Below are positions 14,905 through 24,356 of a DNA stretch of 33,131 nt, one piece after another. The notes under the pieces were generated by a model. It made no database searches and had not been told where the DNA came from. It saw nothing but the letters and a program-made list of their open reading frames with translations. The stretch's first letter is position 1, and each line of letters begins with the position of its first letter. The translations under genes and the position numbers were made by a program. Origin of the DNA: Acidimicrobiales bacterium (GTDB lineage: Bacteria > Actinomycetota > Acidimicrobiia > Acidimicrobiales > Ilumatobacteraceae); the NCBI GenBank assembly GCA_030830415.1, contig JAURNB010000056.1, positions 1 through 33,131 on the forward strand, in the 5' to 3' direction.

Positions 14905-15806
14905 TGACGCAGGTGCCTCACTTCGGGCGGGTACTCACTGCAATGATCACTCCGTTCACCGTAAATGGTGAGCTCGATGTCAATGAAGCAGTGAAGCTCG
15001 CGAAGTGGCTCCAAGAGCAGGGTAATGACGGACTTGTTGTTACAGGAACAACAGGCGAAGCATCAACTCTCACCGACGCAGAAAAAATTGCTTTGTGGGA
15101 AGCGGTTGCGCAAGCAGTCACCATTCCCGTTATTGCAGGAAGCGCGTCGAACGACACCGCTCACAGTGTGCATCTCACGAAGAAAGCGACCGAAGTGGGC
15201 GCTGCAGGAATTTTGGCTGTGGGCCCGTATTACAACCGGCCACCGCAATCAGGTATTGCTGCTCACATGGGTGCTATTGCAAGTGCAACACATTTGCCAG
15301 TGGTGTTGTACGACATTCCCGTGCGCACAGGTCGCAAAATTGCCACTGCAAACTTGCTCACCTTGGCAAATGATTACAGCAACATTGTTGCCCTCAAAGA
15401 TGCTGCAGGAAACCCGGCAGAAACTGCCTCGGTTATTGCGCAAGCACCTCAGGGATTCCAGGTCTACAGCGGCGACGATGGGCTGACGTTGCCTTTGTTG
15501 TCGGTGGGCGCGATGGGTGTGATTGGTGTTGCTACACACTGGTCGGCTCCTGAGCATCAACTCATGATGAAAGCTTTTTTTGCTGGCAATACTGCCGAGG
15601 CACAACGCATGAATGCGCTGCTCCTCGAAAGCTATGCCTTTGAAACTGGTGACGATTCGCCGAACCCGTTGCCGAGCAAAGAAATGATGAAACTGCACGG
15701 GTTCGCTGTTGGCGACGCGCGCTTGCCAATGGGCCCAGCTGCAACTTGGGTTGCAGAACGAGCTGCAGTGGTGAAGAAAAATCTTGAAGCGACACGCACC
15801 CGTTGA
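14904..15806 (+). CDS. dapA: 4-hydroxy-tetrahydrodipicolinate synthase
   Basis: 300 aa with 'TAMITPF...GLVVTGTTGEASTLTDAEK' and 'VVLYDIPVRTGRKI...ALKDAAGN'. The conserved dapA-rnj pairing is present. Confidence 0.92.
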   Translation: MTQVPHFGRVLTAMITPFTVNGELDVNEAVKLAKWLQEQGNDGLVVTGTTGEASTLTDAEKIALWEAVAQAVTIPVIAGSASNDTAHSVHLTKKATEVGAAGILAVGPYYNRPPQSGIAAHMGAIASATHLPVVLYDIPVRTGRKIATANLLTLANDYSNIVALKDAAGNPAETASVIAQAPQGFQVYSGDDGLTLPLLSVGAMGVIGVATHWSAPEHQLMMKAFFAGNTAEAQRMNALLLESYAFETGDDSPNPLPSKEMMKLHGFAVGDARLPMGPAATWVAERAAVVKKNLEATRTR

Positions 15807-17485
15807 GCACGAATGCATCTGTGAGCACATCAAACGTACGCATTTATTTTTTAGGTGGGTTAGGCGAAATTGGCCGTAACTGCATGGCGGTCGAGCAAGA
15901 TAATGAAATTTTGCTCATCGACTGCGGTCTCATGTTTCCCGACCCCGACATGCACGGAATCGACCTTGTATTGCCCGACTTCACTTGGCTGCGCGAAAAT
16001 GCCGAGCGCATTGTGGGATGCGTGGCAACACACGGACACGAAGACCATGTAGGTGGGCTGCAGTTCTTGTTGCGTGAAATGTCGTTTCCGTTATACGGAT
16101 CTGCCGTCACGCTAGGGCTTGCTCGTAATCGCATTGAAGAAGCAGGGCTCTTAGGAAAAACTTCACTCAATGTGGTGCGCGATGGCGAAATTCGTCGCAT
16201 TGGCCCATTCGATGTTGAATTCATTCCGGTCACACACTCTGTTCCACATGCGCATGCCATTGCGTTACACACCGCGCAAGGCGTGGTGTTGCATTCCGGC
16301 GACTTCAAGCTCGACCTCACTCCAGTTGATGGTCGTCGTACCGACCTTGCCCGATTGGGTTCATTGGCGCACAACGGCGGCATTCGGTTGCTCATGGCCG
16401 ACAGCACCAACGCTGAAGAAAAGGGTCATGCACCTAGCGAGAGCGATGTTGGCGCCGTCTTGCGCGCATTGTTTGCCGAGAACCGCACGAAGCGCATTAT
16501 CACCGCAAGTTTCGCCAGCCATATTCACCGCGTTCAACAAATTGCTGAAGCAGCTATTGCCAGCGGGCGCGTGGTGGCAACAATGGGGCGCTCCATGCAA
16601 AACAATGTGCGCATGGCACGCGACTTGGGGTTATTGAACATTCCCGATAAGGCCCTTGTTGATATTGCGAAGATCAATGACTATGCACCAGAAAAAGTGT
16701 GCATCATTTCAACAGGTTCACAAGGTGAACCAATGGCAGCACTGTCTCTTTTGGCACGCGGCGATAACAAGTGGATCAAAGTAGGTGAGGACGACGTAGT
16801 CATTTTGTCGAGCCACCCGATTCCAGGAAATGAAATGCACGTGGGCCGAGTGATCGACGGCTTGCTGCGTTCCGGAGCAGAAGTGGTGCACTCGGGCATC
16901 GTCGATGTGCATGCAACAGGTCATGCACAGGCCGATGACTTGAAGACCTATATGAATGTCACCCAACCTGAATGGTTCATTCCCATTCATGGTGAGTTCC
17001 GCCACATGATGGCAAATGCCAAATTGGCACGAACCATGGGTGTGCATCCACGCAATGTGGTGATGTGTGAAGACGGAGTGGTTGTTGAACTTTCTGCTGA
17101 AGGCGTGCAACATGTTGGTCGCATTCCTGCCGGTTATCTGTATGTCGATGGCGTGGTGGGCGACGTGGGCCAAGGCGTCTTGCGTGACCGCAAGGTTCTT
17201 GCAGAAGAAGGCGTAGTTGTTGTTGTAGTCACCATCGACATCGAGTCGGGTGTAGTCATCACTGGTCCAGAAATCATCACTCGTGGATGGGTGTATGCAC
17301 CCGAGGCTGAAGATCTGCTCGACGAAGCATGCGATACCGTTGCGCGCGCAGTCGAGCAAGCACTGCGCGATGGTGGTCGTGATGTTGTAGCTCTTGAGCA
17401 AGTAGTGCGCAAAGCAACTGGCAAATTTGTTGCGGCGCGAACCAAGCGCAAACCGATGATTGTTCCTGTGGTGATGGAAACATAA
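15803..17485 (+). CDS. rnj: Ribonuclease J
   Basis: 560 aa with a metallo-beta-lactamase/beta-CASP layout: 'IYFLGGLGEIGRNC' and 'THGHEDHVGGL'. TTG 15803 overlaps the dapA stop by 4 nt; GTG 15821 is an alternative start. Confidence 0.92.
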   Translation: MSTNASVSTSNVRIYFLGGLGEIGRNCMAVEQDNEILLIDCGLMFPDPDMHGIDLVLPDFTWLRENAERIVGCVATHGHEDHVGGLQFLLREMSFPLYGSAVTLGLARNRIEEAGLLGKTSLNVVRDGEIRRIGPFDVEFIPVTHSVPHAHAIALHTAQGVVLHSGDFKLDLTPVDGRRTDLARLGSLAHNGGIRLLMADSTNAEEKGHAPSESDVGAVLRALFAENRTKRIITASFASHIHRVQQIAEAAIASGRVVATMGRSMQNNVRMARDLGLLNIPDKALVDIAKINDYAPEKVCIISTGSQGEPMAALSLLARGDNKWIKVGEDDVVILSSHPIPGNEMHVGRVIDGLLRSGAEVVHSGIVDVHATGHAQADDLKTYMNVTQPEWFIPIHGEFRHMMANAKLARTMGVHPRNVVMCEDGVVVELSAEGVQHVGRIPAGYLYVDGVVGDVGQGVLRDRKVLAEEGVVVVVVTIDIESGVVITGPEIITRGWVYAPEAEDLLDEACDTVARAVEQALRDGGRDVVALEQVVRKATGKFVAARTKRKPMIVPVVMET

Positions 17486-17490
17486 AACAC

Positions 17491-17997
17491 ATGTCGAAGT
17501 CGAAAAATCTTTTGTGTGTCGTTGTCCTGGCGCTTGTTGCGCTGTCTAGTTGCGGTAGCGACAAAGAAACTTTGCTCGTCAGCGACATCGACGATGCCGT
17601 AGCCGCGGTTGCCAAAGTATTGGGTAAGACACCTGAGTTCTATGAAATCAACGCCACGCCAACCTTGGTGAATCTCTTTGCTGCTGATGGCAAGGGCAAT
17701 GCCGTCAACTTTGTTTACGAAAATGGCGAGTTGGACCAGGAAACCTCTGTAGCGCCAGCTGATGGCGAAAGTTTCCCCGCGGAAGGTATGTCCTTTAACG
17801 GGAAGGTCTTCGCGCGCGTCGAGAAAGAACTGCCCGAATCCATCTTGCGTGCCTTCAGCATCATTGGCGATCATCCCAATGGAGGCGTGCAGTACCGCGT
17901 GGTGCTCCAGTCCGATCGGGGTGGTCAGTTCGCTGTTTTTGTGGAACCCACAGGAAAAATCCTCGGAACCGACGTGATGAGCGGACTCGGCACCTAA
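17491..17997 (+). CDS. Putative lipoprotein, function unknown
   Basis: 168 aa with a signal peptide and lipobox ('LLCVVVLALVALSSC|GSD'). It begins 5 nt after rnj. Confidence 0.7.
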   Translation: MSKSKNLLCVVVLALVALSSCGSDKETLLVSDIDDAVAAVAKVLGKTPEFYEINATPTLVNLFAADGKGNAVNFVYENGELDQETSVAPADGESFPAEGMSFNGKVFARVEKELPESILRAFSIIGDHPNGGVQYRVVLQSDRGGQFAVFVEPTGKILGTDVMSGLGT

Positions 17998-18059
17998 ATA
18001 CTTCTGCTGTAGGGGCGAGAGTCCCCGATGAGGCAAGACCCCATTGGTACCGTAGAAAC

Positions 18060-20474
18060 ATGTCGAAGCAGGCCTCGCGCCCGAAAAAAGCTGCTGCGCA
18101 GCCCACAAAGCGTGCTCAGCCACTGCCTAAGCGCAATGCTGCCCCCATCCGTGAACATGCTGCAGTCAAAGCTGCTGTGGGCGGCCGTGAAAATGAATTC
18201 CTCGGTATCGGCATTGTGGTCGTTGCCGTCTTGGCTGCTTTAGCTATTTATCTCGATGTTGCAGGCCCGCTCGGCGACGCTATTGATACAGGTTTGGGTT
18301 GGCTTGTTGGTTTGGGTCGGTTCTTCTTGCCACCGGCAATTGCGTTGTTGGGTATTGCGCTCATTCGTCGCAACGAATCGGAACATCGCTTACGCGTAGG
18401 CGTCGGTAGCACGCTCATCGTGTTGTCTATCTTTGGCTTGTTGCATCTTGCGCGTGGTGCGGGGCATATGACCGCAAGTGTCGATGCACTGAAGCCTGCA
18501 GGCGGATGGATTGGCGCCATTGTGGGGCAGCCCCTGCGTTCCTTGCTCAGCATTGGTGGGGCAGTTGTGGTTCTTCTCGGAATTCTTCTTGGTGGAATCC
18601 TCATTGCCACAGGTATGTCGCTTCCTTTGTTAGTGAAAAAGCTCAGTGGCGGAGTCAATGTTGTTGCTGTTCCTGCTTCACGTGCGGCAAAGAAAGTAAT
18701 GAACGATATTTCAACAGTGTCAAGCGAACGTGAAGCTGAGAATGCTCGCTTTTTCGACATCGAAGCAGAACAGGCCGAAGAAGATCTTCCTGCACCTGGG
18801 CCAGTCGACAATTCGCATGTTCCCGAGTTCGACCCAGGAGCGCCACGTCCGCCGCTTTACGACATTGAAAAAGATCAACCAAAGCCAGCTCGCAAACCAC
18901 CAGCAGCAAAGAAGCCTGTTGCCGAGCCAGTGGTTGAACAGGAACCAGCTGTAGTTGCAACAAATGGCGACGAGTTGGCTCTTGGGCCAGCAGCACAGCG
19001 TGGTAACTGGAAACTTCCCGCAAAATCGATGTTGTCGAATACTCCGGTGCAAGCAATCGACAAGACAGAAGTAGAAGAACGTGGCCGACTTCTTGAAGAG
19101 TCACTTGCATCTCATGGTGTCGACACCAAACTCGTCGGCATGACCGTGGGTCCAACAGTTACGCGTTACGAATTGGAACTTGGTCCTGGTGTCAAAGTTG
19201 CGCGCGTTACCAGCCTCGACCGCGATATTGCCTACGCAATGGCTGCAACCGATGTGCGTATTCTCGCTCCCATTCCTGGTCGTTCAGCAATTGGTGTTGA
19301 AGTTCCCAACACCACACGGCAACTTGTTTCTCTGGGCGACCTCATTTCTTCAGCTGAAGCAAAAGCAGCAACTCATCCACTCGACGTAGCGGTGGGTAAA
19401 GACATTGCAGGTCGTGCAGTGTTCATCAACTTGGCAACAACTCCTCACTTGCTCATTGCTGGTGCTACGGGTGCAGGTAAGTCGAGTGGATTGAACTGCA
19501 TCATCACCTCGTTGCTCATGCGTAGCACACCCGACCAAGTGCGCCTCATTCTCATCGACCCGAAACAAGTGGAAATGGGTCAATACGGCCGTTTGCCACA
19601 CTTGCTCACTCAGCCAGTAACGAACCCGAAAAAAGCTGCAAACGCTTTGGGTTGGGCAGTGAAAGAAATGGAACGCCGCTACGACTTGCTGGTGGAAGTG
19701 GGCTTCCGTGACATTGGCGGCTACAACGCAGCATTCGACCGTGGTGACCTCATTCCAGAACCAGGTGTAGAAAAAGAATACGAACGTCTGCCGTTCATCG
19801 TGGTGGTGGTCGACGAATTAAACGACCTCATGATGGTTGCTGCGCGCGACGTAGAAGACTCCATCACTCGCATTGCACAAAAGGCACGTGCCGTAGGTAT
19901 TCACCTCATCATCGCTACACAGCGCCCCAGCGTCAACGTCATCACCGGCGTTATTAAGGCCAACATTCCTGCACGTATGGCCTTTGCAGTATCGAGCCTC
20001 ACCGACAGTCGAGTCATCCTCGATCGTCCAGGTGCCGAGAAACTCGTGGGTAAAGGCGACATGTTGCTCTTGCCAGGAAACACCAACATTGCTCAGCGCG
20101 TGCAGGGCTCATGGGTCACCGAAGAAGAAGTGCGTGCCATCGTGGCGCACTGGCGTCGTCAGGCACCAGAAGTGGTCTACGTCAGTGGCATTGAAGGTGA
20201 AGTCACAGCAGGCGGCGGCTCAGGGGTCTATGGCGGCAGTTCTGGCGACGATGGTGACGATGAACTGCTCAAGCAAGCAATGGAGCTCGTGGTGAACGCG
20301 GGTGTTGGCTCAACCTCAATGCTGCAACGCAAACTCAAGGTGGGCTTCGCCCGTGCCGGACGTCTCATGGATCTTTTGGAAGAGCGTGGGGTCGTGGGCC
20401 CAGGTGAAGGTTCCAAGGCTCGTGCAGTACTCATGTCAATAGAGGAATTTGAACTCCTCCAACAAAACGATTAG
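18060..20474 (+). CDS. ftsK: DNA translocase FtsK
   Basis: 804 aa. It has N-terminal TM helices, a Pro/Ala/Lys-rich linker, a motor domain with Walker A 'GATGAGKS' and 'VVVVDELNDLMM', and a C-terminal gamma wHTH ('STSMLQRKLKVGFARAGRLMDLLEERGVV'). Confidence 0.95.
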   Translation: MSKQASRPKKAAAQPTKRAQPLPKRNAAPIREHAAVKAAVGGRENEFLGIGIVVVAVLAALAIYLDVAGPLGDAIDTGLGWLVGLGRFFLPPAIALLGIALIRRNESEHRLRVGVGSTLIVLSIFGLLHLARGAGHMTASVDALKPAGGWIGAIVGQPLRSLLSIGGAVVVLLGILLGGILIATGMSLPLLVKKLSGGVNVVAVPASRAAKKVMNDISTVSSEREAENARFFDIEAEQAEEDLPAPGPVDNSHVPEFDPGAPRPPLYDIEKDQPKPARKPPAAKKPVAEPVVEQEPAVVATNGDELALGPAAQRGNWKLPAKSMLSNTPVQAIDKTEVEERGRLLEESLASHGVDTKLVGMTVGPTVTRYELELGPGVKVARVTSLDRDIAYAMAATDVRILAPIPGRSAIGVEVPNTTRQLVSLGDLISSAEAKAATHPLDVAVGKDIAGRAVFINLATTPHLLIAGATGAGKSSGLNCIITSLLMRSTPDQVRLILIDPKQVEMGQYGRLPHLLTQPVTNPKKAANALGWAVKEMERRYDLLVEVGFRDIGGYNAAFDRGDLIPEPGVEKEYERLPFIVVVVDELNDLMMVAARDVEDSITRIAQKARAVGIHLIIATQRPSVNVITGVIKANIPARMAFAVSSLTDSRVILDRPGAEKLVGKGDMLLLPGNTNIAQRVQGSWVTEEEVRAIVAHWRRQAPEVVYVSGIEGEVTAGGGSGVYGGSSGDDGDDELLKQAMELVVNAGVGSTSMLQRKLKVGFARAGRLMDLLEERGVVGPGEGSKARAVLMSIEEFELLQQND

Positions 20475-20497
20475 CACAGCGTCGGTAAGATACTCCC

Positions 20498-21772
20498 GTG
20501 GCATCTCAGTTTTATATTGAAACTCTCGGCTGCCCGAAAAACGAAGTTGACTCTGAAAAAATCATGGGTCTCCTCATTTCTGAGGGCAACACGCAAACCG
20601 ACGATGTGTCGCAGGCCGATGTTGTTGTTGTCAACACGTGTGCATTCATTGAAGAAGCGCGTCGCGAAAGTATCGACACCATCTTGAATCTTTCCGACCA
20701 ACGTAAAGAGGGTTCGCGGCTAGTAGTTACTGGTTGCATGGCAGAGCGCTATGGCGATGAACTTGCTGCAGAACTTCCTGAGGTCGACCAGGTAGCCGGC
20801 TTTGGTGTGTCGGTCACGCTCGGACGCAAACCAGTAGCGCTTGGTGCAACAGCTGTGCCTACCTTCGACTTGTTGAACTTGCCGCGGCCGAAGTCAACTT
20901 CTCCCTGGGCGTATCTTAAAATTGCTGAAGGCTGCGACCGTTCATGTGGGTTCTGCGCCATCCCCTCATTCCGCGGCCCACAACGCAGTCGCGATATCTC
21001 TTCTCTGTTAACAGAAGTAGAACAACTGCAGGCTCGAGAAATTGTTCTGGTTGCTCAAGACCTCGCTAGTTACGGCAAAGATCGCCCCGATGAAATGGGT
21101 GCCGGATCCATTGTTCCGTTGGTCAATTCCGTTGCGTCGTTGGTCGACCGTGTGCGGTTGCTCTACCTCTACCCAAGTGATTTGAGCGACGACCTCATTC
21201 ATGCCATTTTGAATACGGGTGTTCCATACTTCGACTTGTCGCTTCAGCATGTGTCGAAACCGCTGTTGCGCAAAATGCGCAGGTGGGGCGACGGCAACAG
21301 GTTCTTGCAGCGCATCGCCGATATTCGCAAGCTCAACCCCAAAGCAATTTTCCGCAGCAACTTCATTGTTGGCTACCCAGGTGAAACTGAAGCCGACCAC
21401 GACGAAATGTTGCGCTTCATTGAAGAGGCGCAGCTCGATTGGTGCGGTTTTTTCACCTACAGCGCAGAAGATGGCACCTATGCAGTTGACCTGCCCGACC
21501 AAGTGCCCAAAGAACTCATGTTGTTGCGCCATGGTGAACTCCAAGAGATGCAAGATGCCATTACTGCAAGCAAGCGTGACGACGAAATTGGCGAAGTGCA
21601 TCGCGTGCTTGTTGACTCGCCAGGAGTTGGCCGTAGCCATCGTGAAGCGCCAGAAATTGACGGCATTGTGCAGATTCCAGAATCGTGCAAGGTCGGCTCA
21701 TTCGTTAACGTTCGTATTGTCGATGCCATTGGCCCCGACCTCGTGGCTGAACTCGTCACGCCGGACGAATAG
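20498..21772 (+). CDS. rimO: Ribosomal protein S12 methylthiotransferase RimO (MiaB-family radical SAM)
   Basis: 424 aa with the N-terminal UPF0004 domain 'FYIETLGCPKNEVDSE...NTCAF', the radical-SAM motif 'CDRSCGFCAIP' and a C-terminal TRAM-like region. GTG start. Confidence 0.85.
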   Translation: MASQFYIETLGCPKNEVDSEKIMGLLISEGNTQTDDVSQADVVVVNTCAFIEEARRESIDTILNLSDQRKEGSRLVVTGCMAERYGDELAAELPEVDQVAGFGVSVTLGRKPVALGATAVPTFDLLNLPRPKSTSPWAYLKIAEGCDRSCGFCAIPSFRGPQRSRDISSLLTEVEQLQAREIVLVAQDLASYGKDRPDEMGAGSIVPLVNSVASLVDRVRLLYLYPSDLSDDLIHAILNTGVPYFDLSLQHVSKPLLRKMRRWGDGNRFLQRIADIRKLNPKAIFRSNFIVGYPGETEADHDEMLRFIEEAQLDWCGFFTYSAEDGTYAVDLPDQVPKELMLLRHGELQEMQDAITASKRDDEIGEVHRVLVDSPGVGRSHREAPEIDGIVQIPESCKVGSFVNVRIVDAIGPDLVAELVTPDE

Positions 21773-21783
21773 AGTAGAAGCGC

Positions 21784-22359
21784 ATGCCAGTAGACCCCAA
21801 CGCCATCGCCACTTGGGCAAATGCTGTCACGGTGATGCGTATTTTGGTGTCACCCATTTTGTTTGCTGTCATTCCTTCCGATTCCAATGGGTCATGGGTG
21901 GCGTGGACGATGTGGTTTGTTCTGTGTGCAAGCGATGGTGTCGACGGATATCTTGCGCGCCGTCATGGTGCTACGCGCTCAGGAGCTTTCCTCGACCCGC
22001 TTGCCGACAAGGTGTTGGTGCTCGGTGCCATGTTTACTCTCGTGAGCCGCGGGCTCTTTCCGCTGTTGCCAGTTGCCATCATCGCAACTCGTGAAGTGCT
22101 CATCAGTGTGTATCGGGTGGTCGCCGGCTCAAAGGGTGTGTCAATTCCAGCAAGCAAGCTGGCGAAGTGGAAAACTTTCGGACAGCAGTTTGCGGTTGCA
22201 TGTGCACTGGCGCCACTTACTGTGAACGATTTCGACTACACGTGGAAAATCTTGTTGTGGTTCTCGGTGCTGCTCACGCTCATTAGTGGTGCCCAGTATG
22301 CGGTGCGTGCGTATCGTGGTCACCAATTCGATGCCAATAGTGCTTCCTCTGCGGCATAA
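21784..22359 (+). CDS. pgsA: CDP-diacylglycerol--glycerol-3-phosphate 3-phosphatidyltransferase
   Basis: 191 aa. It carries the CDP-alcohol phosphatidyltransferase motif 'DGVDGYLARRHGATRSGAFLDPLADK' and is a multi-TM protein. Confidence 0.88.
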   Translation: MPVDPNAIATWANAVTVMRILVSPILFAVIPSDSNGSWVAWTMWFVLCASDGVDGYLARRHGATRSGAFLDPLADKVLVLGAMFTLVSRGLFPLLPVAIIATREVLISVYRVVAGSKGVSIPASKLAKWKTFGQQFAVACALAPLTVNDFDYTWKILLWFSVLLTLISGAQYAVRAYRGHQFDANSASSAA

Positions 22360-22361
22360 AT

Positions 22362-23615
22362 ATGCGCTGCGACGTTCTCGCTGTTGGTACTGAACTGCTC
22401 CTCGGCCAAATTGTCGATACCAATTCTTCATGGATCGGCGAGCAACTCGCTGCACACGGCATTTCATCGCACTTGCAAGTAAAAGTAGGCGACAACATCG
22501 ACCGCATTGTTGCGGCACTTCGCGCACGGTTAGAAGAAGCTGACGCCGTCATTATGTGCGGCGGTCTTGGGCCAACACACGACGACCTCACGCGTGAAGC
22601 CATTGCACAGGTCATGGGCGTTGAGCTGGAATTTCACGAGAGCATTGCTGAAGTGATTCGAGAGCTCTTTGCCTCACGTGGTCGCACCATGGCGCAGAAC
22701 AATTTGCAACAAGCAATGGTGCCCAAAGGCGCAAGCATCATTCCTCAAACACGTGGTACGGCTCCCGGGCTCATGTGCCCTGTGCTCATGAATGGCAAAA
22801 CCAAAATGGTCTATGCAGTGCCTGGTGTGCCACATGAAATGCACGACATGATGCACCGTGCCATTTTTCCCGACCTTGTGGCGCGCAGTGGAGTGCAAGC
22901 GGTGATTGCCAGCAAGGTATTGCGCACGTGGGGTGAAAGCGAAAGCGGTCTCAACGAGCGCCTCGACGACATCATTGAAGAACTAGAAAACAACCCAAAT
23001 GGTTCTTTACCCACCCTTGCCTTTTTGGCAAGTGGCTGGGAAGGCATCAAGGTGCGTCTCACCGCACGTGCTGCCACGACTCAACAAGTTCAACAAGTGT
23101 TGGCCACTTGGGAAGAGCGTGTGCGCGCAGTAGTGGGTGACATCGTCTTTGGCGTCGACACCGACACCATGGAGTCTGTCGTTCTGCAAACACTGCGTTC
23201 GCATGGCCACACGTTGGCAGTTGCCGAGTCGGTGACAGGTGGTTTGGTCACCGGTCGCCTCACCAACATTGCAGGCGCAAGTGATGTGCTCATGGGTGGG
23301 GTGGTGTCGTATGCATCTGAAGTGAAATACGACGTGTTGCAAGTGCCACGAGGGCCAGTGGTGAGCGGTGAAGCAGCCATCGCAATGGCTCGTGGTGTCA
23401 AGAAGACCTTGCATTCGTCCGTTGGGCTGGCGCTCACCGGGGTCGCTGGTCCTGCCGAGCAGGAAGGCCAGCCCGTGGGAACGTTGTGGGTAGGGGTGTG
23501 CCTTGCCGATGGAAGTGAATATTCACAGCACTTTCGTCTTGCCACAGCTCGCGATCAAATGCGCCAGATGTCGGTCATTACAGCACTCAATTATTTGCGG
23601 CTTCTCTACTTGTAG
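22362..23615 (+). CDS. cinA: CinA family protein (competence/damage-inducible; NMN amidohydrolase PncC-like C-terminal domain)
   Basis: 417 aa with the N-terminal MoCF-biosynthesis-like 'VLAVGTELLLGQIVDTNSSWIGEQL' and the C-terminal 'LAVAESVTGGLVTGRLT'. It follows pgsA as in other actinobacteria. Confidence 0.88.
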   Translation: MRCDVLAVGTELLLGQIVDTNSSWIGEQLAAHGISSHLQVKVGDNIDRIVAALRARLEEADAVIMCGGLGPTHDDLTREAIAQVMGVELEFHESIAEVIRELFASRGRTMAQNNLQQAMVPKGASIIPQTRGTAPGLMCPVLMNGKTKMVYAVPGVPHEMHDMMHRAIFPDLVARSGVQAVIASKVLRTWGESESGLNERLDDIIEELENNPNGSLPTLAFLASGWEGIKVRLTARAATTQQVQQVLATWEERVRAVVGDIVFGVDTDTMESVVLQTLRSHGHTLAVAESVTGGLVTGRLTNIAGASDVLMGGVVSYASEVKYDVLQVPRGPVVSGEAAIAMARGVKKTLHSSVGLALTGVAGPAEQEGQPVGTLWVGVCLADGSEYSQHFRLATARDQMRQMSVITALNYLRLLYL

Positions 23616-23627
23616 ATTATGGGTAAT

Positions 23628-23701
23628 GCCCCCGTAGCTCAGTTGGATAGAGCAACGGACTTCTAATCCGCAGGTCGCATGTTCGATTCATGCCGGGGGC
23701 G
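23628..23701 (+). tRNA. tRNA-Arg (anticodon UCU)
   Basis: 74-nt cloverleaf folded by hand. The acceptor stem is GCCCCCG/CGGGGGC and the D arm is GCTC-AGTTGGATA-GAGC. The anticodon loop is CT-TCT-AA and the T arm is GCATG-TTCGATT-CATGC. The discriminator base is G and CCA is not encoded. There is one A27:C43 mismatch in the anticodon stem. Confidence 0.9.
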
Positions 23702-23725
23702 CTCTTTTGCGGTTTTTTCGTGTGC

Positions 23726-23748
23726 GCCCCATTCCATAGGGGCTTTTG
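23726..23748 (+). terminator. Small terminator-like hairpin after the tRNA
   Basis: GCCCC-attccata-GGGGC followed by TTTTGG. It lies 25 nt downstream of the tRNA 3' end. Confidence 0.4.
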
Positions 23749-23774
23749 GTCTTCCGTGCTCTATCCTTAGCGCC

Positions 23775-24350
23775 GTGACTGCAGAAGTAATTTTCAAAAA
23801 AGGCGACACGGTCATCTACCCACAGCATGGTGCCTGCATCGTGCATGGAATTAAGAAGATGAAGGCTTTTGGCTCAACCCAGGAGTACCTCATTTTGAAG
23901 ACCGTCATCAATGAAATGACTCTTTCTGTGCCTACATCACGGGCCTCTGAAGTGGGAGTGCGCCCGCCGGTGTCTCCCGACGAACTTGAAGACCTGGTGT
24001 CTGTGCTTTCCAAAGCCGACCCGCGCGTTCCTTCCAACTGGTCACGCCGATTCAAGAACCACCAAGAAAAATTAAAGAGTGGCGACGTTTACCAAGTTGC
24101 AGAAGTAGTGCGCAACCTTGCTGCACGTAACCGCGATGCTTCGTTGTCGGCTGCCGAACGCACCATGTACGACCGCGCTCGCATCAACCTCATCTCGGAA
24201 ATTGCACCAGCTCTGAAGGTGTCAACCGACGATGCAGAAATTTTCCTCGACGAAGCGCTTGCAAAAGGCGTATTGAAGCCTGCGAAAGTAGCGAAGAAGG
24301 CAGCAGCAAAAGCTGAGCCGAAAAAAGTTGAAGAAGACGACGACTTCTAA
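23775..24350 (+). CDS. carD: CarD-family RNA-polymerase-binding transcriptional regulator
   Basis: 'VIFKKGDTVIYPQHGACIV...EYLILKTV...NWSRRFKNHQEKLKSGDVYQVAEVVRNL' aligns closely with mycobacterial CarD as I recall it. GTG 23775 is the start. The ORF-track start at 23679 lies inside the tRNA. An extra Lys/Ala-rich C-terminal tail is present. Confidence 0.9.
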   Translation: MTAEVIFKKGDTVIYPQHGACIVHGIKKMKAFGSTQEYLILKTVINEMTLSVPTSRASEVGVRPPVSPDELEDLVSVLSKADPRVPSNWSRRFKNHQEKLKSGDVYQVAEVVRNLAARNRDASLSAAERTMYDRARINLISEIAPALKVSTDDAEIFLDEALAKGVLKPAKVAKKAAAKAEPKKVEEDDDF

Positions 24351-24356
24351 AAATCT

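Noticed and set aside
23679-23774. The 223-aa ORF-track version of carD, which starts inside the tRNA-Arg gene.
   Set aside because: Its first 32 residues overlap the tRNA and its terminator-like hairpin and have no CarD similarity. GTG 23775 reproduces the conserved CarD N-terminus.
23616-24356. The tRNA-Arg gene as an integration site for a genomic island (looked for an integrase or a duplicated tRNA 3' end downstream).
   Set aside because: No integrase, recombinase or transposase ORF is present anywhere in the window, and I did not see a repeat of the tRNA 3' segment downstream. The next gene is the core gene carD.
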